From: Trypethelium eluteriae
Taxonomy: Eukaryota
Length of the DNA stretch: 20,000 nt
Assembly (NCBI GenBank): GCA_051942245.1
Contig: JAVECL010000055.1
Location: 49,538-69,537 of the forward strand
Reading direction: 5' to 3'
Part shown: positions 10,401 through 18,836 of the stretch, piece by piece
How the letters are laid out: every line of letters begins with the position of its first letter
How positions within the stretch are numbered: position 1 is the first letter of the stretch
Made by a program: the position numbers and the translations under genes
The notes under the pieces: model-generated
What the model saw: the letters and a program-made list of their open reading frames with translations, nothing else
What the model was told of the DNA's origin: nothing
Database searches by the model: none

Positions 10401-13083
10401 ACGCTATCAGTCGGCACTGCCGCAAATCATTGATAGGACGCTTGAGGACTGCCGCCAGACTAAACCTTCATTGAAGAAGGCGGCTGTGATCTGGCTGCTA
10501 TGTTTGATCCAGTACTGCGGGCATCGGACAGAAGTTCAAGAACGCCTTCCAGCTTGCCAGGGAGCTTTTAAGCGCTGCCTGTCCGACCGCGATACGTTGG
10601 TCCAAGAATCCGCCTCTCGAGGTCTCGGTTTGGTCTATGAACATGGCGATCGTCAATTGAAAGATGACCTCGTCCGAGATCTTGTCGGTTCCTTTTCGAG
10701 CGACAAGGCCCAGACTTCAGGAACGGTCACCGAAGACACCCAATTGTTTGAAGCTGGTGCACTTCCTACCGGCGACGGCAATAGCATCACAACGTATAAG
10801 GATATTATGAACCTCGCTGCAGAGGTTGGTGACTCTAGTCTCGTCTACCGCTTCATGTCCCTAGCCTCGAATAATGCGATATGGTCGACGAGGGCGGCCT
10901 TTGGGCGCTTTGGTCTAAGCAACGTCCTCTCGGATTCCAGTGTTGATGGGTACCTAGCCGAGAATCCCAAGCTCTTTCCCAAGTTGTTTCGCTACCGCTT
11001 TGACCCGAACACCAACGTCCAGAGATCAATGAATGACATCTGGCATGCCCTCGTAAAGAATCCGACGGCGACTATTGATCATCATTTTGACGCCATGATG
11101 GAGGATTTGCTCCAAAGCATTCTTGGGAGAGAATGGCGAGCACGTCAAGCCTCGTGTGACGCAATCGCGGATCTCATTCAAGCTCGTCCCGCCGAAAAAT
11201 ACGAGAAGTATCTCGGACGTGTCTGGACTCTCTGTTTCAAGGTAATGGACGACATTAAAGATTCCGTCAGAGTTGCGGCCGCTGGTCTTGCTCGCACCTT
11301 GACTGGCATTCTCACCCGTGGTCTGGAATCAAGCGCCTCTTCAGACAAGACCGTCGCGACTCTCAAGGACGTCTTGCCTTTCCTACTGTCCACTCAAGGT
11401 CTCGAGTCCTCCGCAGAAGACATCCGAATCTTTGCTCTCCACGCCCTCCTTGAGATTATCAAAAGGGCTAGCGCTCCTACCCTACGTCCTTTCATTCCCG
11501 AGTTGGTGGAGAAGATATTAGGGCTTCTCAGCACCATGGAGCCTGAAGCAGTCAATTATGTTCACATGAATGCCCAACGATATAACCTCACAGAGCAAAG
11601 GATCGATGATATGCGTCTGGCTAGCGTCCGCGCCAGCCCGCTTATGGAAGCCGTCGAGCGCTGCCTGGACCTTCTCGACGATGCAACGATGAAAGCGCTC
11701 GTCCCGAAGATAGAATCAGCAATGAAGACCGCCGTTGGTATGCCAAGCAAAGCTGGTTGCAGCAGGATCTTAGTATCCCTAAGCACGCGACACAGCTTTG
11801 TGTTCCGCCCCCATTCAGATCACTTCTTAAACCTTGTCCAGAAGCTCATAATGGATCGAAACGAGACGGTCAGCTTGAGCTACGCAGCTAGTGGCGGGTA
11901 CGTGGCGCGAGGTGCGAGTGACAAGGCTGTGATTCAGCTTGCTACATTCCTGAAGCAGAAGCTGTACTTCGGTTCTGGGGACGATCGCTCCAGACTAATC
12001 GCTGGTGAGCTCGTGCAGGCTGTGGCCAAACATGCATCTGATCGATTCAACAGTTTCGCTTCAGAATTTGTGCCATTCGTCTTCTTCGCAAAGCACGACA
12101 GCAATGATGCGATAAAGGACGTCTTCAGAGAAATCTGGGGTGAGCACGTTGGCGGCTCGAGAACGGTGTCATTGCAATTACAGGAGATTCTCGGACTGGC
12201 TGCAGAGCATCTAGGGTCCTCAAGGTGGGTTCTGAAACATGCGGCGTCTCGAACAATAGCGGATGTAGTAGATGCAATCACTGGGAACGTTGGACAGAGC
12301 ATGAGTACTTCAGAGGCAGAGACTCTGTGGGAGCCACTCTGCACCGCTCTAAGCGGGAAGACATGGGAGGGAAAGGAAGTGGTGTTAGAAGCTTTTGCGA
12401 CGTTTGTGCAGAAAGGCCCGGGAGAGTTTCTATCAAAGAACAACGTCGCAGACGAGGTCAAAAAGATCGCTATGAGAGAAGCAAAGCGGCAGAACGAAGC
12501 TTACCGGCCCCATGCATATGCAGCTCTCGGTCGAGTTGCGGCAGCCCGGAAGGACCAAGACTTTGCGGTCGTTGATATCATAGGGTCTGTTATTGATCAA
12601 CTCACGAACCCAGACGAGGATGCCATGGACATCGACTCCGGGAAGGGTTCTCAAAAAGACACGCTAAGGGATCTGACATTGGAAAATGCCATCGAGGCCC
12701 TGGCTCCTGGTGTCAACTTACAGGGCGAAGGAGCTTACGAATTTCTCGACATTGTGGGGAAAACAGAAAACCTCAAACCTGTACCTACGACCATCTCTTC
12801 GGCAGTCTTCACGGCCAGTCGCGACCTCCTCAAGAGATCTCTGACCGAGAAAGTCAAATTGGGTTTCCAGGCGATTGCAAGGTTTGCGGATACACTCTTC
12901 GAGCCAGTTGACGGACCTGAACAGCTCCGTAAGGTGCGAGCAGGTGCCATTCTGGAGCTCAGTAAGGTAGAGATGGAGGCTGACGCGAAGAGTGAAATGA
13001 TGGAGAAAGTCACGAAAGAGATTGAGAAAGAAGTTTCTCCTGCTGTAAAGCAGGAGCTAGAGCAGGCGAGGTTGAATCTCTGA
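7495..13083 (+). CDS. ECM29: Proteasome adapter/quality-control HEAT-repeat protein Ecm29, 1862 aa, single exon
   Basis: Uninterrupted 5.6 kb ORF with ATG in ACCATGG context. N-terminal ELSLVGKVELRIALA...YLAPLLLKLAS, plus LVYRFMSLASNNAIW, KLFRYRFDPN, WRARQASC, MDDIKDSVR and GKTWEGKE match fungal Ecm29 as I recognise it; length is consistent. Confidence 0.93.
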   Translation: MASTQQSPEARELSLVGKVELRIALANTDTQLQDLLNTYLAPLLLKLASEHRAVRDKVITICHHIKSRIQPPSIKLPVSALLKQFKEHSHKPLVRQFDLQYIQQGLSRLSRSEQVDLLPDLIHGIARTSTSSLEHASQIFFLLLRVMTQYDLPPRESNQDRELQSQLQVAEEDVDFLRRRFGDLILFNPTPTKSVPGLTADEYKFLDSEERPQTWDQKSGGGLNLAETKYMICQWLTSDIFTHDQRLVPALFASADANPRVSELGDDLLKRTLPNINLEDEALINVLFGFYFGGPVTSPARAPLRIKILTLISKSLLSTTFADKIVQLVEDGLLSEQVERIMVRGRETTKMRTAIFNYINFVARQGTGSSTRAVAHKLVYALKDFIETQGWPVANPGEDCALRGLGYEIIGLFLKAGPPELLQEENLELLRWLFRSLREDNSGNSTSVSLEETLSTLMGAFSHVEDRDVEDSLRQFLLEQMNDLDQSDNAAARLGKPSFSRSTRYITVRFANRCLPYHDVVARWVDVLALEHGSQERHEVIEEAKKGLDPYWHLMNQSWDERSNRSGDVNQPQELRFPDFSSTASFFLGLVDHQNLPAADCYQESPGSAAALQGRQPAACSAAVRFCRQMLVVEAMTASEEPNISINADWERKVDLTVATSGAARLAILKALRVAEESESKNHHPVLELLKASSQCFQKFEGSSPGFADCRRQCGEIFIELCSLSSNAFLSPIISVALNLERQIEANDPQTRALAAQAFGILATHERSHWSRVFDVLHGLQKTCQISSTAVGAQVNKIHGALLALGFFFSRLSFRRGEAHEENWFQQNFDQFLKVLFAIVQKSKDALLLDATFTALDQVALFHAITPEMISKYVSLEELVLKVANTAKSGNEKAIACLAHLAMVIEGKDESEKAYVKSIEESLHDLHEIKQTESQFAVGEALSCLACGWDSKALATKIDVEASVPEISKRYQSALPQIIDRTLEDCRQTKPSLKKAAVIWLLCLIQYCGHRTEVQERLPACQGAFKRCLSDRDTLVQESASRGLGLVYEHGDRQLKDDLVRDLVGSFSSDKAQTSGTVTEDTQLFEAGALPTGDGNSITTYKDIMNLAAEVGDSSLVYRFMSLASNNAIWSTRAAFGRFGLSNVLSDSSVDGYLAENPKLFPKLFRYRFDPNTNVQRSMNDIWHALVKNPTATIDHHFDAMMEDLLQSILGREWRARQASCDAIADLIQARPAEKYEKYLGRVWTLCFKVMDDIKDSVRVAAAGLARTLTGILTRGLESSASSDKTVATLKDVLPFLLSTQGLESSAEDIRIFALHALLEIIKRASAPTLRPFIPELVEKILGLLSTMEPEAVNYVHMNAQRYNLTEQRIDDMRLASVRASPLMEAVERCLDLLDDATMKALVPKIESAMKTAVGMPSKAGCSRILVSLSTRHSFVFRPHSDHFLNLVQKLIMDRNETVSLSYAASGGYVARGASDKAVIQLATFLKQKLYFGSGDDRSRLIAGELVQAVAKHASDRFNSFASEFVPFVFFAKHDSNDAIKDVFREIWGEHVGGSRTVSLQLQEILGLAAEHLGSSRWVLKHAASRTIADVVDAITGNVGQSMSTSEAETLWEPLCTALSGKTWEGKEVVLEAFATFVQKGPGEFLSKNNVADEVKKIAMREAKRQNEAYRPHAYAALGRVAAARKDQDFAVVDIIGSVIDQLTNPDEDAMDIDSGKGSQKDTLRDLTLENAIEALAPGVNLQGEGAYEFLDIVGKTENLKPVPTTISSAVFTASRDLLKRSLTEKVKLGFQAIARFADTLFEPVDGPEQLRKVRAGAILELSKVEMEADAKSEMMEKVTKEIEKEVSPAVKQELEQARLNL

Positions 13084-13874
13084 AAGATTGTATTCTAGTA
13101 AAATGATGTCTGGGCAATCCCCAGTCGAATTCTCAAGTGAGCACTGCGTTGTGAATATGAAACCATTCTTGCTTGTCACCGAATTCGCGTGAACTCATCA
13201 TACCCGATTCAAAACAGGGCCTATTCCATCGAAAGTGACCTCATGTGTCTTTGGTTGTACTTTTGCGTCTGCGACTATCCGTGGGCGGATCAAGAAAATG
13301 TTGCATTTGCTTTTCTATTTCGAAGCGTGACGATTGTTGAATACCTTATGAGGTGGGACTATAAGATTGGGTGACGCCTGCCCGTGCATGCAAACGCTGC
13401 GTCATCGGAGCAAACGCCGGCGTCTCTGTGCAAACCCCAGATCAACTCTGACCAAACTGTCTTATTGTGTCTCTCATCCTTTAAGACCTACTTCACTATC
13501 CGGGCCTATCGCTCGTCTTCCTCAATTACAATACTCCCTTCAGACTCGGAACAGGCTTAGGCTAAAGCTTCCCTGCACACTCGCTGACTCCAAGGAGAGG
13601 CAGCCACGCCACACGTAATCCCTGCGAAGCATGTCCACATCCTTCTAAAAATTGAGGATACCACGCGTCAACCGTCGCTGCCTTTTGCGGAGCTGTTCGA
13701 TCAGTCACCTAGCTCTGAAACTATCTATTTCCATTCATCAACATTCGCTACCGTCCCGTGGTCTGGCTTGTATCGCTTGATTGGTACTGATCTAGTGACG
13801 ACTTCATCCCACTTTCTTTTGGCCTTGCGCCACTCCTCCTGGGGACTCCGTCTGTCCCGCAAAAAATTATCACA

Positions 13875-15515
13875 ATGGTATCGGCTGAAGCTATCGATCA
13901 GTTCGTTGAGCTCACTGCTGCCGATCGTCAAAAAGCATCACAATACCTTTCTGTTTCCGATGATAACCTCGAACAAGCAGTCCAGTTATTCTTTGAGACT
14001 GGTGGAATCGACCTGGGTACTCAGACAGCGGCAGCACCGCCTTCTCAACATGGACCGAGCAATCCAATTCCAGTTGACTCCGACTCCGACGATGTACAGA
14101 TGAGCGACGGCCCCCACTCTCAAGCACAACAAGCTCCTGTGGCCTCATATGAAGATGATGAAGCTATGGCGCGCCGGTTACAAGAGGAGGCATACGGTGC
14201 GGGAGCATCAAGCGGTGGAAATGTGGATGAGGAGGGAGTACGAGCACCCATAGGCAGAACGACAGAAACGCTAGTTGGTGGACCGGCAGATTGGAGAAGC
14301 GATCCCGATGAAATGCGGGCTGCCATCGCAGAGCAGATGATGACTCGGCAACAGCGGCGCGGTGCTGGCAGGCCGTCAATATTTAATCAGCAGCCGTCGG
14401 TCTGGGAGAACAGGGAAGAAATGCCAAATCCTCGCGTACCCATTGACACCACCGGCGGCTCAACCTTACCAGCGTCGAAAGCAAATATGTTGGCTGAAAT
14501 GTACCGTCCGCCATTTGATATCATGTCACGCGTCTCTTGGGATGCTGCTCGCGACGAAGGCAAAGAATCGCTGAAGTGGCTTTTAGTCAATGTACAAGAC
14601 CAGTCTATCTTTGACTGCCAACTTCTAAATCGGGACATCTGGAAGAACAGCGAGATCAAGGAGACGATTAAGGAGCACTTCATCTTCTTACAATATTCCA
14701 AAGATGACATGCGCGGTGACAAGTACATGCAATACTACTTCCACAATCGAGATAGCGAAGAGGCATATCCACACATTGCAATCGTCGATCCACGCACTGG
14801 GGAGCAGGTGAAGGTGTGGTCTGGTCCTCCTGTTCTCAAACCTCTGGATTTTCTTGGCCAACTACATGAATTTCTCGATCGGTACAGTCTCAAGGCGAAT
14901 GCTCGGAACCCAGTTGCAACGAAAAAGCCGGAGAAGAAGCAAAAAGACGTGGCTAACATGACGGAGGAAGAGATGCTACAAATGGCCATGCAAAATAGCC
15001 TTGCTCACAATCCTAACGGAGGGCCACGCGACGATGATCCCGATGCCCTCACCAAGGCAGATGGCAAAGGCATAGCCAAAGGCAAAGGTAAAGGCAAAGA
15101 GATTGTCAGAGACTCGCTGGACACGGCAGATATGGGCGCAACCGCTCCTTCAACCACCAACGGTGTGAACCCAAGCGTACCTGTTGCCGATACTCCTCCA
15201 CCAGTCACATCACCGTTCGCCGCAATCTCCTCGTTGCATCCGCACACGGAACCACCGGCAGATCCTCAAACGACTACACGTATCCAATTTCGCTCATCCG
15301 GTTCACGAATCATCCGCCGTTTTCTGCTCGTAGACCCAGTCGAGCGTCTGTATGAATGGCTCAAAGCCACTCCGTGGGAAGGGAAAGCTGGGTTAGACTT
15401 CGAATTGAGCTTCATGGGTAAGAATCTGATGGAGGAGGCACAGACGGGTAGGACGGTAGAAGAAGCTGGCCTCAAGAACGGGACGGTGATGGTAGAGTTC
15501 TCCGAGAATGAGTAG
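13875..15515 (+). CDS. UBX5: UBX-domain Cdc48/p97 adaptor with UBA-like, UAS, UIM and UBX domains (Ubx5/UBXN7-like), 546 aa, single exon
   Basis: ATG in CACAATGG context. UBA-like N-terminus (AIDQFVELT...NLEQAVQLFF), UAS domain (KWLLVNVQDQSIFDCQLLNRDIW...YPHIAIVDPRTGE), UIM-like MTEEEMLQMAMQNSL, and C-terminal UBX (TTRIQFR...IIRRF...TVEEAGLKNGTVMVE). Confidence 0.9.
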   Translation: MVSAEAIDQFVELTAADRQKASQYLSVSDDNLEQAVQLFFETGGIDLGTQTAAAPPSQHGPSNPIPVDSDSDDVQMSDGPHSQAQQAPVASYEDDEAMARRLQEEAYGAGASSGGNVDEEGVRAPIGRTTETLVGGPADWRSDPDEMRAAIAEQMMTRQQRRGAGRPSIFNQQPSVWENREEMPNPRVPIDTTGGSTLPASKANMLAEMYRPPFDIMSRVSWDAARDEGKESLKWLLVNVQDQSIFDCQLLNRDIWKNSEIKETIKEHFIFLQYSKDDMRGDKYMQYYFHNRDSEEAYPHIAIVDPRTGEQVKVWSGPPVLKPLDFLGQLHEFLDRYSLKANARNPVATKKPEKKQKDVANMTEEEMLQMAMQNSLAHNPNGGPRDDDPDALTKADGKGIAKGKGKGKEIVRDSLDTADMGATAPSTTNGVNPSVPVADTPPPVTSPFAAISSLHPHTEPPADPQTTTRIQFRSSGSRIIRRFLLVDPVERLYEWLKATPWEGKAGLDFELSFMGKNLMEEAQTGRTVEEAGLKNGTVMVEFSENE

Positions 15516-16665
15516 AGGAAGGCGTTCTAGATAGATGCATGCATGACTACTGGCGTTCAAGGTTTTGGGGCATGATAAGTGGTGTGATGGGAGGCGTCAT
15601 GAATTTGCTCGCTCGCTTACGTAGAGTAGCACGAGCATTTAGCATTGGTTCGTGCAGCAGGTAGCTCCAGTCATTAAACATGACGGGCGGTTTAGAATGG
15701 GATGCTGACGCAGCAAGATACACACAATTCTATCTTCTCTTTGCAACATGGCGTTTCAATCAAGGGGAGCCACATTGTGGCGGTGCGGGTATAGATTGAA
15801 GCCACCCCACCAGCCTACGGTGCAGGTGCCTACCTATCTTAGGCAGCTCCCTGCATGCGTCACACTTACTCTTTCTTCAGATTCGCCTGGATGCGCTCGT
15901 GCAGAACGGGATGTTTGCTACACAGTCAGGAGACGTCTGAGACAGTCCATCATCCGGATAGCTGTCGATCAGATCATCGCGCTGAACACAAGCGCGCATA
16001 CTCTGTACCCAGCTGCAGGATGAAATGCACCAAATGGATGGATAATGACCCAGTCAGCCATACGACAAATGGTCCTTTGTTGATGATGTGTTGCCAGCTC
16101 CACGCCCAGACTAAATCCATCCCGTCGGCTTTCTATTGGCTTGAATCGGCTGCTGTCGGAGCCGCTAGGGTTCTGCTGGTTCTGCTGGGCGTTATATTGT
16201 TTCAAAGTGAGATCTCCACGATCTCTTCGCGCCGCCGTCGACGCGGGTCCTGGCTCATCTCTCCATTCCCTGGATTATTGCTGCCCACTCATACGAAAAG
16301 AGACGCCCCCGTCATAGGCCTTCGCCCGCTTTTGTAGACAGCTTTGAACGAGCTTCTCTTTTAAGCCAAGATTCTTGATCTCTCCTGGATCCAGTTCTAG
16401 AGCTGTTAAATTGCCAGCAGCTCCTTGGCTTCCGTTACCTACTGGTTTGGAAGGATCGCAAGCCTACCCTCACAAAGGACAAAAGGACCAAGGAATTTTC
16501 TGGACCCTCTGAACCAGATATTAAGGACAAGTCGATAGACACAAACCGTGCCATCGTCTTTTCGGGTCCGAGTCTGCTTCTCCTCGAGAATTTTCTACCT
16601 GCTTATTGCTCATTCCCTCAAAGATCCTCCCCCCTTGTCCTGCCACGTACTCTGCACTATCGTCA

Positions 16666-17709
16666 ATGAACACTTCCTCAACGCCAGTCCTCGTTCACCA
16701 CTGTATTTCCTGTGCCTTCGATACCCCGATTCCCTATTCTGCTTTTGTCTTTTCGCAAAATAATCGCTGTACTCACGTACGTCTATCGCGTTTCTGAAAC
16801 CATAGCCACTGATCGATTACGTCATAGTGTGGTGCAACCTATCAAGGCATCAATATCAGGAACGACAACGAAAAGAAGATGCAGGAAGACCTTGCAGGTC
16901 TATTTTCGCGAAACTTGACTCTGAGCGCTCCACCTCCTCCGAGTCAAGTATCTCAATTTCAACCGCCTGCGCAACCGCCATCGGATCAACAGCAAGCATT
17001 AAGACAGGACGCTCACCCTACAACGATTTCCTTAGCTGACATTCAGCGCCAACCCATCACATATGCATCAACACACTACACGCACTCTGCTCATGCTGTT
17101 CCGCGTGCTCATTCCGAACCTCGCACTCCGAATTTGGAAAGAATCGAGGTTTTCGATACGCTAACGCGAAACTCCATCGACCCCCAATCCCTTCATCCAT
17201 CCCAACTACATCTATATGCCAATGCAGATGCAGACCAAAAACTCCGTCTGCTCGAGCTATGGCGTATCAGTCCTCCAAACTACGGGCGAGACATAGAAGG
17301 GCCGAGCGGCACCTGGTATGGCACCAGCCTGCACCAAGAAGAGCAAATGGCGCGCATACGTTATGAGCATCTCATGGAAGAGCGCAGCATGGTCGGCCAC
17401 GCCAACCGCCCCGACGAGACCCTTGGACTTTCACGAAACGGATTTGAGCAATCGGGCTATGAGCTACTTGCGCAAAGAGACTATGATCACTCTGAAGGTA
17501 GTGCAGCTATGCCGCTTCAGGATTTGACGAGCTCGTACAACCGAGCCATTGACCCGGCGGGACATTACAATATTGGTGGAATGCCGGAGAAGGGAAGCGC
17601 GGCGGAGGATATGGAGAATCAGTATGGGATGTGGGCGGAGGTTAGAGAAATCCCGTCTGTAGCGCATGGTTCTGGAAATGGAGGTATGGACGACGAGATG
17701 GTGATGTGA
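16666..17709 (+). CDS. Uncharacterised fungal protein, ~330 aa, with predicted N-terminal C4 zinc-ribbon-like motif; exons 16666-16776 and 16828-17709
   Basis: 276-aa ORF from 16879 has plausible protein composition. Upstream intron 16777-16827 (GTACGT...CACTGAT...TAG, 51 nt) fuses a 37-codon exon in frame, giving MNTSSTPVLVHHCISC-x18-CTH|CGATY...KKMQEDLAGLFSRNL. The 16879-17709 portion is better supported than the extension. Confidence 0.78.
16777..16827 (+). other. Predicted phase-0 intron of the uncharacterised gene
   Basis: GTACGT donor, CACTGAT branch at 16807-16813, TAG acceptor. The 51-nt length matches other introns here, and removal deletes an in-frame TGA and joins two in-frame segments. 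Confidence 0.72.
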
Positions 17710-18836
17710 AGAGCGACGGCACCGCGGGCCATTCTGTGATTTGGACCTCATTGGCTGAAGTTGAACGTTTGATATCTTTCGTTTGGAGGAATGGTATGTT
17801 CAAGAGGAAGTCACGGTTTTCCCGGATGCTAGTCCGCAAAGTCCTGAACACCTACGCCATCGATCGACTTTTCTTCTTAGTAGGCCATCCGGAGTTGGGG
17901 GTCTTTCTACCACTCACTAGATTCCCTTTCATGGTTTTACTGTTTGGGGCTGTACATAGAAACGTTCAGTTCACAAGATACCCAGAGCTCAGATAGCAAG
18001 ATTTCCGTACATCAAATCATTCAGACTTTAGCTCTCCGCGATCTCTTCTTTCAAAATATGAGGACCAGGAATTGTTGCAATATTGCATCTTGAGCTTCAT
18101 GAGCGGACAGCCCAAGATTGTCAGGCGGTCCTGAGCGAACGTGATATATCCACGAGCGACAAAATATCAGAAACGAGCCCAGAGAACGGCAGGAGAAGAT
18201 TGCAGCATCGGAGCAAGAGCAATGTCAAAAATGATTTTTGACTGGCTTCGTATAGTGATGAGAGAGGAGAGGGGGTTTTGGTGAGTAAGTGGATGGAGCG
18301 GACAACAACAATAGACAACTTGGAAGGGTAGGCTTGTGAAAAGACCTTTTCCAAGGCGGATACTAGAGTTGATTTTTTCTCGGAACGACTGTGATAGACG
18401 GTGGGAAGGGGAGACTTACAGGTGGAAGGAGTGTAGTCGCCATAGCGTCGTCGTAACTTTCGATATGAGCATGCAAATCCGTACACTTACTTACTAGTTT
18501 GTGAGCACATGGGTTATGAGGTTCATGAGCACCTTCAGATCGAAAGTTTTGGCACAAGATAGACGATGCCTAGATATTCTGTTTAGTCATGCTCGCTCGT
18601 AGCACTCACGAAGATACTGAGTTCCCAAGAGCTCCGGTTGTGCCTAATACGGAAAATTGGAGCGAACAAACACTGCTGTTGGATCGCCCAAAAAGCGCAT
18701 GAATTGGGTATTCTGGATATTTGTTTTCGCTGGAATGTACAAGATGCACGTGTGTCGAGTCAAGTTCGATGATACAGCATCTATGTAGAGCTGTCAAGAT
18801 TCGCTTCGAACGCAGCAATCACTAGGAAAAAAGCGT

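Noticed and set aside
11934..12461. 175-aa antisense ORF and other shadow ORFs within ECM29, UBX5, P450 and ERD1
   Set aside because: Explained by codon bias of the real sense-strand genes.
13615..13795. Possible 5'-UTR intron of UBX5 (GTAATC...TACTGAT-CTAG)
   Set aside because: Weak donor, and the branch point is too close to the AG; no independent support.
15064..15100. KGKGKGK repeat in Ubx5, and acidic MDID/DEM-type motifs in several neighbouring proteins
   Set aside because: These low-complexity motifs are frequent in disordered regions of fungal proteins.
15855..16337. 160-aa ORF between UBX5 and the uncharacterised gene
   Set aside because: Composition looks random (Cys/Arg/Ser/Trp-rich), with no recognisable motif or splice structure; likely a promoter-region chance ORF.
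16451..16528. Several AAGGA(C) copies upstream of the uncharacterised gene
   Set aside because: Short and irregularly spaced; cannot be distinguished from chance or slippage.
18010..18040. ATTCAGACT...CTCTCC resembling the 3' P4 strand of RNase P RNA
   Set aside because: No matching upstream CR-I/P4 partner was found, and it resembles the vertebrate rather than the fungal consensus.
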